Shown piece by piece: positions 28,647 to 39,131 of a DNA stretch of 64,000 nt. The notes under the pieces were generated by a model. It was not told the origin of the DNA, did no database searches, and saw only the letters and a list, made by a program, of their open reading frames with translations. Where the stretch lies: positions 1 through 64,000 of the IMG/VR virus record IMGVR_UViG_3300037882_004127; one strand, 5' to 3'. The first letter of the stretch is position 1, and each line of letters opens with the position of its first letter. Made by a program: the position numbers and the translations under genes. Source of the DNA: a virus.

Positions 28647-28916
28647 TTAAATTATTGGGTCATCGACAAATATATAATCAGCCTTTACACCATTTTGTCT
28701 CGGCGTATAAATTTGGGACTCAATCAATCGAGTTTCCAAAGGAATGTCGGGCGCAAATTTTGATAGTTCGGAAAGAAAAATACCAAAAGTCAGACCTTTT
28801 CTTCCAGTGATTGTCTTGTATCTCTGATAAGCATCAGGCAACCAATCAAGGCACTCCCAATAATCGGTCCTATTCGGAAATACTTCGGCGAATTTAATCA
28901 ATTTACTCATGATCAA
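28647..28916 (-). CDS. hypothetical protein
   Basis: ORF packing. Confidence 0.65.
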   Translation of the reverse strand: MIMSKLIKFAEVFPNRTDYWECLDWLPDAYQRYKTITGRKGLTFGIFLSELSKFAPDIPLETRLIESQIYTPRQNGVKADYIFVDDPII

Positions 28917-29122
28917 TCCTCAAATGCGCTCCACCCTGAATAATACCAATAATTCATTTCGTCTTCCCATGTTGTATCTCGTTCATGGCCGGAGGGTTTA
29001 AAAAGCTCATGATAATCTAACCCATTTTTCGCATCATTAAACCCTTTATCATAATATTTTTTATAAGTTTCCCATGAGAAACTGTCATCTTCTGTTGGTG
29101 GTTCGTAAGCCATTTTAATCAA
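28913..29122 (-). CDS. hypothetical protein
   Basis: ORF packing. Confidence 0.65.
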   Translation of the reverse strand: MIKMAYEPPTEDDSFSWETYKKYYDKGFNDAKNGLDYHELFKPSGHERDTTWEDEMNYWYYSGWSAFED

Positions 29123-29207
29123 AGTTTAGGTTTTCCTGCAGCGTCTGAGGCTAATTGCAAATCAGTTGCTTCTTCGGGGAGGGTAAAATTAAGTGAGGCC
29201 ATCATAT

Positions 29208-29468
29208 TTAAAATTCTAAGCTTTCTTTTTTAATTTCAAGTTCCGCTCCAATTTTAGCCGCGATCATTTCAGCAACAGCCTTTGGAGTATCAATATCCTC
29301 CGTCCATTCTTTTTTAAAAGAGATTGTTTTCCCGTTTATTTCAAAATCGGCTCCATGGGTTCCGGGATGAAAATCCCAAAAATTACCAAGGAAAAGTATT
29401 TTTTTGCCAATTTTAATTTGGGCCATCTCAGTATCCCCGTCGATATATAATGTGATTTTATTTTTCAT
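29208..29468 (-). CDS. hypothetical protein
   Basis: ORF packing. Confidence 0.7.
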   Translation of the reverse strand: MKNKITLYIDGDTEMAQIKIGKKILFLGNFWDFHPGTHGADFEINGKTISFKKEWTEDIDTPKAVAEMIAAKIGAELEIKKESLEF

Positions 29469-29471
29469 AGC

Positions 29472-29921
29472 TTAATTGATCTGTAACTTAAATGGAACAA
29501 TAAACTGTAATCGGCTAATTTTAACTTCGTGGTCATAAGCCTCATTCTCGGGATTTGGGTCATGAACTACCCTTAACTCGGTGCCTTGCTTATCTTTAAC
29601 AAACTGCCCAACCACCGCGTGACTTCCGCCCGGGAATTTTTGTGACGGGACACTCATTATACAATAGACGTTTCTTAAATGAGTCCAATTTAACGCGCAA
29701 TACCACTTTAGATCGTTATGAAGATAAATTTCAAGAATGAATAAACCACGTTCAGCCAGCCATTTTCGCGCTAAATCCTCCGCAATAATCCCTTTTGAAT
29801 GATCGGAGTCGCCGACAAAATTTGGCACATCATCCGCATTTAATTCGAGAATTGACGCAATGCAACACCTCCAACAATCGCCTTTGCCTTGACTAATTAC
29901 TTTTTGGTTAACAGGTTTCAT
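29472..29921 (-). CDS. papain/C39-like cysteine peptidase fold protein
   Basis: GDCWRCCIASIL, HAVV and HDP. Confidence 0.6.
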   Translation of the reverse strand: MKPVNQKVISQGKGDCWRCCIASILELNADDVPNFVGDSDHSKGIIAEDLARKWLAERGLFILEIYLHNDLKWYCALNWTHLRNVYCIMSVPSQKFPGGSHAVVGQFVKDKQGTELRVVHDPNPENEAYDHEVKISRLQFIVPFKLQIN

Positions 29922-30112
29922 GTTAAAAGGTTTGTTAGAAAATTAAGCCTACTCTCTACATTCTCTTTAGGGGAGAGCCTTAAAATAGGAATTGGATAGG
30001 AATCTTCGCCGTCCCAAGTCCAAGGGGTTTGTTCGGTTAGTTTAATCAAAACGCCAAATAACTCGGGGTCCGATGGGGATGCGCAAATTTTAAATTTTGG
30101 ATATTGATTCAT
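29918..30112 (-). CDS. hypothetical protein
   Basis: ATGA overlaps. Confidence 0.65.
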   Translation of the reverse strand: MNQYPKFKICASPSDPELFGVLIKLTEQTPWTWDGEDSYPIPILRLSPKENVESRLNFLTNLLT

Positions 30113-30567
30113 GATTTATACAAATTATACATTTTTTCTATTTCTGGCTCCTCTATATACTTTAGAATTTTTTCAACCTCAAAAGCCGATCCCCAAAAGA
30201 AAATGTTTTTTGTTTTTGCGTTTTTAGCCTTTATAAAAAGTTTCAATTTTAATTGGTTTGGTAAATTATAAATGCTCTCTTTATTTTTTACCTTTTCCTT
30301 CAAAAGGAAATTTATCTCTTCTATTTTCGGCTTATATTCTTTCGGGAGGAATGTCGTTATTTCTTTATCTCCGGGCTCGTAAATTAATTTTAATAATTTT
30401 TCTTCAAAATAGACTTCGTAATAATTTAACCCTCTAGTGGGGACACTTCCTTTAACGATCTCTTTAATCTTGGCTAAATTTTTCTCCTCAATATCTTCCC
30501 CGTAACGCTCAAAGTATCTTTTTCTTGAATGCGACCATTTAGCGTAATCATGGGAAAACATAATCAA
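30109..30567 (-). CDS. hypothetical protein
   Basis: 152-aa ORF. Confidence 0.7.
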   Translation of the reverse strand: MIMFSHDYAKWSHSRKRYFERYGEDIEEKNLAKIKEIVKGSVPTRGLNYYEVYFEEKLLKLIYEPGDKEITTFLPKEYKPKIEEINFLLKEKVKNKESIYNLPNQLKLKLFIKAKNAKTKNIFFWGSAFEVEKILKYIEEPEIEKMYNLYKS

Positions 30568-30568
30568 A

Positions 30569-30889
30569 TCATTTCTTGCTTGGCGGTCTTTTATCCAGTT
30601 CTATTTTAATATCAGTCATATCCAAGCCTCTTCCAACCAATCTTTTCGCCACTCTAATTTTCATCTGCTCCTTGGTTTCAGGTGGAGCCCAAGTTTTTGC
30701 GACAGTTTTCCGAAAGCCTTCTCCTCCTTGGGTCAATTCGCTCTTAATGTATCTGGCACCGGAATTAAAACCAGACTCCCAAAATCTAATCAAGAAACCA
30801 ATGGTTAATAATAATGGAGAAAATATTAAAATTAATACGATTAATATTCGGCGGAAAAGGTTTGATGTTATGTATGCAATAGTAATCAT
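30569..30889 (-). CDS. membrane protein
   Basis: N-terminal transmembrane segment. Confidence 0.7.
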   Translation of the reverse strand: MITIAYITSNLFRRILIVLILIFSPLLLTIGFLIRFWESGFNSGARYIKSELTQGGEGFRKTVAKTWAPPETKEQMKIRVAKRLVGRGLDMTDIKIELDKRPPSKK

Positions 30890-31260
30890 TTAATATAGGG
30901 CTTCAAAATCTCTTCAATTTTATTCTTAATTATTTCCGCGTGACAAGGCTTAAATAACGGTGGCCCCGAACACCAGCATGCTAGCGCTATATTTTCCCCT
31001 CTATAAACGCGGCGGGCGATTTTCTTAGTTTCCTCTAACATCGGGCCATTGTTTAAACAGTCTTTCTCAAAGTCAACTCGATATTTATTTATCACATCAG
31101 CGCGCTCCGAATCATCTAAATGATTATGAAGTACATGTCGGTTTCCTAAAACTGGATTTTTGCGATCAACGTCAATTCGAACAAAGGAAGAATCAGCCTT
31201 TTCGCCACCCTTTCTTTTGGAAATTATTTTAATTTGGCCGAAGGACATAAAACACAACAT
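30886..31260 (-). CDS. DUF4326-family protein
   Basis: VDR..VLGN and LACWC...PCHAEII. Confidence 0.8.
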   Translation of the reverse strand: MLCFMSFGQIKIISKRKGGEKADSSFVRIDVDRKNPVLGNRHVLHNHLDDSERADVINKYRVDFEKDCLNNGPMLEETKKIARRVYRGENIALACWCSGPPLFKPCHAEIIKNKIEEILKPYIK

Positions 31261-31439
31261 TTTTTCGCGCGGTCACGATAGATTTTTAACGAGAGATTAT
31301 TTAAATGACGATTTTCTTCCTTGCTCGATCCATATTCCCGCCCCTCGCAATAATAACCGCCATCAGTGGCCTCGCAGCTTTCGCCCAAAACTCTCTCTTG
31401 ATGTTGTAAATAAACGCAATTATTACAATTCTTTTTCAT
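31224..31439 (-). CDS. Cys-rich hypothetical protein
   Basis: ORF packing. Confidence 0.6.
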   Translation of the reverse strand: MKKNCNNCVYLQHQERVLGESCEATDGGYYCEGREYGSSKEENRHLNNLSLKIYRDRAKKCCVLCPSAKLK

Positions 31440-31725
31440 ATTTAAATTCCCGTTCGGCTAAAATGATTTCGCTCCATAAATCACCAGTTAACCCAGTCTC
31501 CAACATTCTTTTATGTAATTCTTTCAAAACCCGCATCGCGTTCTTATTGACTAGACCAATCTCATAACCCATCGGGATTATCGAACCATTTATAACCGGC
31601 CCCGTGCAAACCGAACGATCATATTCCTCGCATTTTTGATGATATTCAAGGGCGAGTTCGCGGAGTTTAAGCCTATCTTCATCCGGCAGCGAATTTAAAT
31701 ATTGATTAAAGAATCCCCCACTCAT
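31423..31725 (-). CDS. hypothetical protein
   Basis: ORF packing. Confidence 0.7.
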   Translation of the reverse strand: MSGGFFNQYLNSLPDEDRLKLRELALEYHQKCEEYDRSVCTGPVINGSIIPMGYEIGLVNKNAMRVLKELHKRMLETGLTGDLWSEIILAEREFKYEKEL

Positions 31726-32024
31726 ATTCCAAAATGATTTGTTCCAAGTTCCTCATCCAACCGACAATATTCGGGCAAGCCATAATTTTTCTTTAATTGC
31801 AATGAGCAAAAAATAGCCTTATTAATCTCTGGGTCAAAAATAAATGAAATCTCCCCCTTTCCAACGCAAGCCCCTTTTTTTTTCCACCCTTCAAATGTTT
31901 GAAAGAACCGATCTAAAGTTTTTTCCGCGAAAAATAGTTGGTCCTCCGTGGAGTTAGGATTCTTGATTAGGTCTTTCAATTGAAAATAACCAGATTTTAA
32001 CTGATCTTTAAATTCGTTGGTCAT
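31722..32024 (-). CDS. hypothetical protein
   Basis: ORF packing. Confidence 0.7.
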   Translation of the reverse strand: MTNEFKDQLKSGYFQLKDLIKNPNSTEDQLFFAEKTLDRFFQTFEGWKKKGACVGKGEISFIFDPEINKAIFCSLQLKKNYGLPEYCRLDEELGTNHFGI

Positions 32025-32238
32025 GTTTATTCATTTCATCAACTTGCTTTTTAAATTCGGGGTCACTCTCGTATTTATCGAGAAGTTCTTCAAATTGTTT
32101 AATCACGGAATCGTAGAATCCCGTTAATTTCGCGCGCCTTAAATGAGGCTCGTAAGTTCCGGCCTTAATCTGTTTCCTGCGTTTGTGATAGCCTTTACTC
32201 ATATTTAACCTCCCATTTTTCCGCGCCCACATCAACAT
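32008..32238 (-). CDS. hypothetical protein
   Basis: ORF packing. Confidence 0.6.
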   Translation of the reverse strand: MLMWARKNGRLNMSKGYHKRRKQIKAGTYEPHLRRAKLTGFYDSVIKQFEELLDKYESDPEFKKQVDEMNKHDQRI

Positions 32239-32599
32239 AAATCTTTTTCATCTCTAGAGCTTCCCTATTTTGAGTATAGTTAAACCGGGGGTCGGGCGGA
32301 ATATCGTAATGAAACCAGTCGCCGCCAATGATTGGGGAAACTCGGCTAGACGGGTCTTCAATATTTTCTACGTAAGCCGTTCCCTTTTCATCCCAGCCGC
32401 AATTGTTGTAAACTTTATCCTGATAATAAACTTCGGGGACTGTATAATAATCTAGCCATTCCTCGTAAGTTAAGGGGATATCGTAATATATTTTGCGCGT
32501 GTGTTCGGCACGTTTAGATGTGTGGAAGGGGCCACTTAAGGTGCCGTCTTTTCGGTGGAAGTGATATTTCCCGCTGATAAAAGTTAATTCTGCGTTCAT
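32195..32599 (-). CDS. hypothetical protein
   Basis: ORF packing. Confidence 0.7.
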   Translation of the reverse strand: MNAELTFISGKYHFHRKDGTLSGPFHTSKRAEHTRKIYYDIPLTYEEWLDYYTVPEVYYQDKVYNNCGWDEKGTAYVENIEDPSSRVSPIIGGDWFHYDIPPDPRFNYTQNREALEMKKIYVDVGAEKWEVKYE

Positions 32600-32994
32600 G
32601 TTTTAATTAACTCGGGGTTATCAAATATATTTCCAACCACGCGGCACTGCTCATTATAATCATACAGCCAGATTAAGCATTCGGGATCATCAGGATCTTT
32701 CGTCATAAAACACCCATTATCAAAGACTACCGAACAATACTCTCCAGAGTCGCCGCCGCAATCAATGATGTCACCTTCGTAAATTTCTTTGCCTTCGGAA
32801 TCCTTTAAACCAGTAAATTGCAACGCGACAATCCTATTTAAATCCTTGATTGAAACGCCATTCAGTAAGTTGCCAAACATGATATTTTCGCCGAATAGGT
32901 TCACCCCGTCTAAACATGCCTCTGAGTGGGGACCATGAATCCATTTTTTGGTTTTTTGGTTGTAAACGCGAAATTTAATAGTTCGATTAGTCAT
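32596..32994 (-). CDS. YopX-family protein
   Basis: IKFRVY, QFTGLKD..GKEIYEGDI and VVGNIFDNPEL. Confidence 0.9.
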   Translation of the reverse strand: MTNRTIKFRVYNQKTKKWIHGPHSEACLDGVNLFGENIMFGNLLNGVSIKDLNRIVALQFTGLKDSEGKEIYEGDIIDCGGDSGEYCSVVFDNGCFMTKDPDDPECLIWLYDYNEQCRVVGNIFDNPELIKT

Positions 32995-32997
32995 AAA

Positions 32998-35580
32998 TTA
33001 TTCCTTATTCTCTTTCTCCTCAAGTTCCTTACGAATAGTGGACACTTTCAAAACGGTGGGCACTTCCTGTTCAATGATATCCGACACGAAGTATAGGATG
33101 TCGCCCGAGTCGAGTTTTTTCTTAGTGAGGTGGAATACACAAACCATACTCTCTTTAAACATTTTTCCGCCGCGAGAGTCAAGCTGGAAGTCCATTACAG
33201 TTAGGGAATCGGTGTCGTCCTTTAAAGTATATTTAACGTAATCTTTTTTGTTTTTTGAGACTCTTTTCTCAACCTCGCCGATTTGAACCACGGATAAGTA
33301 AGACTCGCGCGGGGGTGAAGGGGGGAGGGTTTTTATGGATTTTAAATCGTGGAGGTTGTTTATGTGCTTACTATAGATTGACTTAAGCGAATGTGAATAG
33401 GAGAAGCCTAGGTAATAGTTTTCGGCTAAATAAATCGTGAGAGCGCTGAACTTTTCATTCCGGTGGAACTTGGCGAAGAAGTCAGCAGTATCGCGACGCA
33501 AAGTAAGGATTCGCTTTTCTGAGATATGGAGTTTGCCTTTTTCGTTTTTTAGCTCGGTGGAGGCTAATTTAATGATCAGAGGAAGGTCATAGTTGTATTT
33601 TGGGCCTAGGCTATTGATGATGGGAAGCTCTCGGGGTGTCAATTCATTAAATATTTCGAACTCTAAGAGGAGCCTATTTCTTGAGTTAGAATTAAAACTA
33701 TCGAAGGTTCCGCTTAAAATAATAGACGAGATAACTCCCAATGGTAGTTTTGCATTTTGGCAACTCATGAAGAGTTCGAATTTATTGGTCGCAGTTGCTT
33801 TAAATGATTTGAGCTTTTCTAGATTGGCCGTAGACAAATTTCTTAGCGAGCTAATTCCAGTTCGGATATTCCCATCCTCAATCGTATACTCGAACCCACT
33901 CTTAATAATATCTGGCGCAAGTAATTTTATATTAAAGTGTTGGAGTTCTTTTTGAATCGCAGTTATTTCTTCTAATGGGGCAGCAAGTTCTTTCGTTCCG
34001 ATAAGACAAGACCAATACCATTGAACTGGATACTTATATTTAAGATAAACTGTTAAAGCAGAAAGATACGCGGTACTCGCGGAATGTGCTTTGTTGAACG
34101 AGTAACTTGCGCTATCATTGAGTAACTTCCATAAAGAATCGGCTACAATTTTTTCAAACCCGTTAGCTTGACATTTGTCATAAATTTTTTGTTCCCACTC
34201 TTTGACCTTTTGTAAGTCCTTCTTACCTACAATTTTACGAATTATTTCTGATTCGTCTTTTGTAAAACCAACAGCTACAGACATTTGCATCAGTTGTTCC
34301 TGATATAGTGGAACAAATCGAGTGGTCGCCAAAATTGAATTAAAAACTTCGTGAACTGGTTTTCCGTTATTATTTTTGTAAGTGCCTACATATGAAAGAC
34401 TTCCTGGCCGAGCCAACGCATTTATATCACTCAGTTCGTTAATGTTTTTCGGCTTAATACTCTCGGTAACTCCATAAGCGCAATCTGCCGAAATTTGATA
34501 AAGCCCATAAGGTAAGAGTTTACTATCTTGGAATTTATTATAAATAAACGGATCATCGTCCAAATTAATATCATCCACTTTCTCAGGAATAATATCTGCG
34601 ACTCGTTTAATAATGGCATTTGTTGTAAGAGAAAGCAAGTCTAATTTTGTGGCGAAATTGCTCACGATTCTCATGTCATACGAGCTAACTATATCACCCT
34701 CTTTATTGATTTCCAATGGGATCAAGTCTGTTAATTCATAAAAAGATACCAAATATCCCGATGCGTGACTTGACGTGCTTCGCATAATTTCGCAAAGAGA
34801 CTTACATACTTTAACTGTTTCAGAATGATTATCGGCCCATTCTTTGAACTCTTTATTCTCTTTATAGGTTTCCTCAATAGATTGAACGACTCCATATTTC
34901 ATTTCAATCATGTCTGAAACTCTGTGAGCCTCAAACTCGTCCACTTCCTCTAGTGACTTATAAACATCTTTAATTAAAATCTTGGTGGTAAATGATGATA
35001 TATTGCTAATCTTGGAAATACAATTTGGGTAAACCTCTTTGAGCCAACTAACTATAGATTCCCTGCCATTTCCAAGATTTAAATCTGCGTCCGCGAGTAA
35101 GTCCCCCTTTAAGAACAACTTGCCATCTATGATTTTTTTTCCATTGCGTGCGCGGCTAACAAAACGCTCGAAAAACAACCCATGTCGAATTGGATCAACC
35201 GGAAAGCCAGTGATTTTTAATAACCACGCGACACAACATCCGCCAATAGAACCACGGCCATAATCAATAAAAACCCCTAATTCACGGGCCTTGTTAATTA
35301 CCATCCATACAAGCAATAGATAATCTACAAACCCCAATTCATCAAGAATTTCCAACTCATATTCGATTCGTTGTTTGTATTTAGGATAATCTTCCTTTTT
35401 TACATGATTACAACGCTCTTTCCATCCTTGGCGACAGAGAGCTTTACAAAAATCTAAATTAGAAACATTTTCTGGTAAATTAAGCTCAGTTTTTTGTTCT
35501 TTTGTTATATGGATTTCCGGTAAACGAATATAGCCATAATTTTCTATAGAGTATTTTGAAAAATTAGAAATAAAATTCAT
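32998..35580 (-). CDS. dnaE: DNA polymerase III alpha core (PHP domain encoded separately)
   Basis: GRGSIGG, LFFERF, ADAD, HASG, KLDLL, RPG, YQEQ, YSFNKAH and a C-terminal OB fold. Confidence 0.95.
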   Translation of the reverse strand: MNFISNFSKYSIENYGYIRLPEIHITKEQKTELNLPENVSNLDFCKALCRQGWKERCNHVKKEDYPKYKQRIEYELEILDELGFVDYLLLVWMVINKARELGVFIDYGRGSIGGCCVAWLLKITGFPVDPIRHGLFFERFVSRARNGKKIIDGKLFLKGDLLADADLNLGNGRESIVSWLKEVYPNCISKISNISSFTTKILIKDVYKSLEEVDEFEAHRVSDMIEMKYGVVQSIEETYKENKEFKEWADNHSETVKVCKSLCEIMRSTSSHASGYLVSFYELTDLIPLEINKEGDIVSSYDMRIVSNFATKLDLLSLTTNAIIKRVADIIPEKVDDINLDDDPFIYNKFQDSKLLPYGLYQISADCAYGVTESIKPKNINELSDINALARPGSLSYVGTYKNNNGKPVHEVFNSILATTRFVPLYQEQLMQMSVAVGFTKDESEIIRKIVGKKDLQKVKEWEQKIYDKCQANGFEKIVADSLWKLLNDSASYSFNKAHSASTAYLSALTVYLKYKYPVQWYWSCLIGTKELAAPLEEITAIQKELQHFNIKLLAPDIIKSGFEYTIEDGNIRTGISSLRNLSTANLEKLKSFKATATNKFELFMSCQNAKLPLGVISSIILSGTFDSFNSNSRNRLLLEFEIFNELTPRELPIINSLGPKYNYDLPLIIKLASTELKNEKGKLHISEKRILTLRRDTADFFAKFHRNEKFSALTIYLAENYYLGFSYSHSLKSIYSKHINNLHDLKSIKTLPPSPPRESYLSVVQIGEVEKRVSKNKKDYVKYTLKDDTDSLTVMDFQLDSRGGKMFKESMVCVFHLTKKKLDSGDILYFVSDIIEQEVPTVLKVSTIRKELEEKENKE

Positions 35581-36590
35581 TTTGATAAATCAAGAAATAA
35601 AACCCTATCTTCGCAATTTTTTGCCACCGCTCTACAGTAAGAAATAAACTCATCTTGACCGTAATCAAGTTTTAAAATATTAATAGTTTTGTGCAACCAT
35701 TGAACATTGCCCTCTATATATCCTTTTGTTGAATCAATACGGTCTAAGGAGGCGGTTTTCTCAACTCCCTTACCAAAACAAATATCATAACCACTTAATG
35801 CACATTTTCTATTTTGGGAAAGAAATAAACCCCAAATATATTCAGCAGATATGTCAAACTCAATGTTCCTATTTCTCGCCCCGAAACCAATTCTCCAAAA
35901 ATCATTACCCGTTATCTCTCCCCACCCTTGAGTCTTATCACAGCCACAATTAGTGGTGTGCCCACCCGTTAAAGAATTAGTTCTAGCTGTTTTTCTTCCC
36001 CCACATTCACATTCGCACTCCCAAAAACTTACCAAACCTCCATTTTTTACCTCTTTAACGATTCGATTAACTAAAGTCAATTTACCAAACTTTTGCCCTT
36101 TCAGATGGTCCGCTTTCATTTCTGAAACATCCGATAAAGAACGTATTAGACCCTCTCTTCTTAAAAATCTTTTTACTGTATCTTCACTGGAAAACCCCGC
36201 CTTCTTTACAATTTCAACACAACTATAACCCTCTTCGTATAAAGATGTGATTAGCTTTTCTTCTTTTTCTGTATATCCAATTAGCTTTTCTAAGCCCATG
36301 TGCCAAGCATGAACATAAATAGCTTGTTTGCTGCGTTTTAAATACGCGACAATCTCTTTAAAGGGGGTTTCGTAATAATTATCTTTTAAGTAATCCTCTT
36401 CTTCCTTGGTCCAAAGATTTAATTCAAACGGCTCTAATTCGCCCGATTTGATCAATCTAGTAACTTTGGCTTGAACAGAATTTCTCTTTCTGCCTAACTT
36501 TGCCGCGATCTCTTCGTTAGTTAAAATCTTATGATTGGCTTTCACAAAATCCAACTCATCTTCGGACCACTTTATGTTTTCCTTAATCAT
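35577..36590 (-). CDS. HNH-type homing endonuclease with N-terminal HTH repeats
   Basis: WSEDE/WTKEE repeats, KFGKL..WECECECG and CALSG..SLDRIDSTKGYIEGNV. Confidence 0.85.
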   Translation of the reverse strand: MIKENIKWSEDELDFVKANHKILTNEEIAAKLGRKRNSVQAKVTRLIKSGELEPFELNLWTKEEEDYLKDNYYETPFKEIVAYLKRSKQAIYVHAWHMGLEKLIGYTEKEEKLITSLYEEGYSCVEIVKKAGFSSEDTVKRFLRREGLIRSLSDVSEMKADHLKGQKFGKLTLVNRIVKEVKNGGLVSFWECECECGGRKTARTNSLTGGHTTNCGCDKTQGWGEITGNDFWRIGFGARNRNIEFDISAEYIWGLFLSQNRKCALSGYDICFGKGVEKTASLDRIDSTKGYIEGNVQWLHKTINILKLDYGQDEFISYCRAVAKNCEDRVLFLDLSK

Positions 36591-36820
36591 TACTTAATTA
36601 CTTCCATTCCGAATTTGGACGCAATCTTTTTATCACCAGAAAATACAAAAAAATAATCATCTTGCGCCCCATCCGAACAAAGCTCGCATCCGGAATCTCG
36701 CATGTCTTCTAGATTTTTAATCTCTGATTGTAAAGCCACGATCATTTCGTCAAAAGTCTTGGCATTGCCATAAACCCATTTTCCGCGAATAACCGTTTCG
36801 TATTTTTTATTTTTAGGCAT
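36590..36820 (-). CDS. hypothetical protein
   Basis: TAATG overlap. Confidence 0.7.
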   Translation of the reverse strand: MPKNKKYETVIRGKWVYGNAKTFDEMIVALQSEIKNLEDMRDSGCELCSDGAQDDYFFVFSGDKKIASKFGMEVIK

Positions 36821-36859
36821 AATTTTGTTATTAAAAGATATTCCGACCCCTTTGTCAAT

Positions 36860-37507
36860 TCAAATCTCCACAGCCCACAAAAGTTTCTGCAAAACCTGAA
36901 GATTTATTGAAAGATCATAAATTGAATTATGTAGCTTACTATCATCAACTTGTATCCCGAATTCCTTCGCCAAAACCCCCAATGAGGTCTTAACCCCTTT
37001 TCTCTTTTCCCTGCTCAGAGTCCCCATGGCGTATTGTTGTTGAATAAAATGCGCCCTATCCGGCTTGATCCCCAACTTCATCATTCTAGCCACTGCATTA
37101 GTATCCAGAACGCGGTGAATATTATAAATTGGCCTCTTCCCTAAATATCGCGCCCATTGGTTAATAATATATAGATCGAAGAAAAGCACGTTGTGCCCGC
37201 AAAGGATAATATCATCATTTAATAATAGCGGTTCAAAGTGATTCCATACCTCAAGTGGGTCTTTCCCTATTAATTTAACCTTCTCCTCGGAATAGCCCGT
37301 AATCCGCGCCGCATCCCGTGACATATGAAATCGGCCACCCCAGTTAATAAAATGATCTTGCTCTTCGATTATTTCATTTTTTGTCGCTAAAATAGAAGAA
37401 TGTTGCCAAGGCGGGTTATCAGTTAAGAGGTTAAGACTATATGTTTCTTCATCGAAAAAACAATACTGCTGTTTGTCATTAAATCTTAGTAAGTCGGCCC
37501 CAATCAT
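36860..37507 (-). CDS. DEDDh 3'-5' exonuclease (Pol III epsilon-like)
   Basis: FDEET, GHNVLFFD and HNSIYD. Confidence 0.88.
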   Translation of the reverse strand: MIGADLLRFNDKQQYCFFDEETYSLNLLTDNPPWQHSSILATKNEIIEEQDHFINWGGRFHMSRDAARITGYSEEKVKLIGKDPLEVWNHFEPLLLNDDIILCGHNVLFFDLYIINQWARYLGKRPIYNIHRVLDTNAVARMMKLGIKPDRAHFIQQQYAMGTLSREKRKGVKTSLGVLAKEFGIQVDDSKLHNSIYDLSINLQVLQKLLWAVEI

Positions 37508-38289
37508 GCTTTTACCTCCGTTAAGTTTAAGTAATCAGTTAGACAAAAATTGGGCGATCCACAATGATTTAATTCGGGTTTTTGGAAAGTTGTCCGCTCC
37601 TTAATAGCTCTGAATATTAGCCAAGATTTCGCGTCCTCATAATCCGGATAGTAAATAGTTTTAGTATTAATCACCTCATACTCTCCATCCTTAATAAAAT
37701 TGTCAAGTGCTTCATCAATCAGTGGTGCAAATGGCAATCCACTATTAATTTCTTTCATGAACACGGGTTTGACCGGAAACTTCGGAATAATCGCGCTCCC
37801 ATAGTTTAGGGTATTTCTGTGAAGAAAGCTATCAAAATAAGGCACTGACAATGATAAATTCTCCGTCCACATTTCACCTAAGACACTCCAAGAAGTTCGA
37901 TAGTGATAATACTTCCCCTTTGGGTTCGTAAACACTTTACTATACAGCTTAATAATATCCTTGTACGATTGGCTATTTCTCATCCATACAATCACCTTAC
38001 TCTCATCATTAACCGATTCAGGGGTATGTTCCTCAGCATTACTACAAACCCATAATTCTAGCCCGAAAATTAATTGCAAATTATTCTCATCACATAATTT
38101 GAGTGCCGAAACGAAATCGTACATTCGAGTTGAGACAAAATAAACCTCCTTTAGTCCTGCTTTTTTTGCTAAAGTTATAATGGATTGGGGTCCATCAGAT
38201 TTAGTCTCCTTCTTAGGCCACCACACATTGATTCCACGACCCGATGAATCTGAATACCAAATCGGGATAATCTCTTGTTTATTTTCCAT
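37504..38289 (-). CDS. Pol III alpha PHP domain (stand-alone)
   Basis: LIFGLEL, KVIVWMRN..SYKDIIKLYS and KTIYY resemble the DnaE N-terminus. Confidence 0.8.
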   Translation of the reverse strand: MENKQEIIPIWYSDSSGRGINVWWPKKETKSDGPQSIITLAKKAGLKEVYFVSTRMYDFVSALKLCDENNLQLIFGLELWVCSNAEEHTPESVNDESKVIVWMRNSQSYKDIIKLYSKVFTNPKGKYYHYRTSWSVLGEMWTENLSLSVPYFDSFLHRNTLNYGSAIIPKFPVKPVFMKEINSGLPFAPLIDEALDNFIKDGEYEVINTKTIYYPDYEDAKSWLIFRAIKERTTFQKPELNHCGSPNFCLTDYLNLTEVKA

Positions 38290-38297
38290 TTTAAAAA

Positions 38298-38615
38298 TTA
38301 CCTAACCTCCTCCACTTCAATCAAATCCCCATCAAACTCATATCTTTGCCAACTCACCACCTTAATCCCAAATGACCCATCCAGCGGCACCCAACCCTCA
38401 TCGTCCTTATGGGGCGGTTTACCATCATATAAAATGTGGTTAGATAATTGTTTAAGCCAAGTTTTCACATAATCCCCGCCATTATCGTCTAATCTGTGCT
38501 CGTAACCGCCCCAGAATTCAACCATTTCCTTAATCACATCCTTGCTTTTCTCCAAGTCAATAACAATTGTGGCCAACCAATCACCATCGTAATTTAAATC
38601 GTATGTTTTAGTCAT
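38298..38615 (-). CDS. hypothetical protein
   Basis: ORF packing; EGWVPLDGSFGI pattern. Confidence 0.7.
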   Translation of the reverse strand: MTKTYDLNYDGDWLATIVIDLEKSKDVIKEMVEFWGGYEHRLDDNGGDYVKTWLKQLSNHILYDGKPPHKDDEGWVPLDGSFGIKVVSWQRYEFDGDLIEVEEVR

Positions 38616-38617
38616 AT

Positions 38618-38923
38618 TTACTCCTCAAATTCCCATTCCCAAACGCGCCAATTTCCACCCATAAAACCCTCAAACGGAAGGTCTTCAATCATCTTCTTTA
38701 AAGCGTCTTCTCTGGATAAAGTCAACAGCAACCCGACAATTATGCCCAATTTACTAACTTGATTTTCAATATAACAGGAGTCCCCGATATATTCCTTGAT
38801 AACGGTTTCAGGATCAACCTCTACCCGGCGAATTTCCGGAACTTTCTTAAACTTTTTGCACCCGGCTTTGTCCACGCCGTTTTCGGCTTTAGCGTTTACT
38901 GTGTATTTTTTATAGATTTTCAT
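38618..38923 (-). CDS. hypothetical protein
   Basis: ORF packing. Confidence 0.7.
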   Translation of the reverse strand: MKIYKKYTVNAKAENGVDKAGCKKFKKVPEIRRVEVDPETVIKEYIGDSCYIENQVSKLGIIVGLLLTLSREDALKKMIEDLPFEGFMGGNWRVWEWEFEE

Positions 38924-39131
38924 ATTTTAATTTTCCGCGCAATAATATCCATCTTTATGATAATAAATTCCCATAGCATCACAATCTAAAAGTTCTGGTG
39001 GTAGAATTACCATTTGGTCCGTTTTGGTGTCAACTCCATAATCAAGTCTAACCTCGCCTTTCTTATCCTTAAATGTATAAATAATAATCATTCAGAATAA
39101 TTCTCAATTAAATTCTCAATGTCAAGTAAAG

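Noticed and set aside
35577-36590. Group I intron or intein housing the endonucleases
   Set aside because: The nucleases lie between intact genes with little flanking non-coding sequence, and I saw no splicing motifs.
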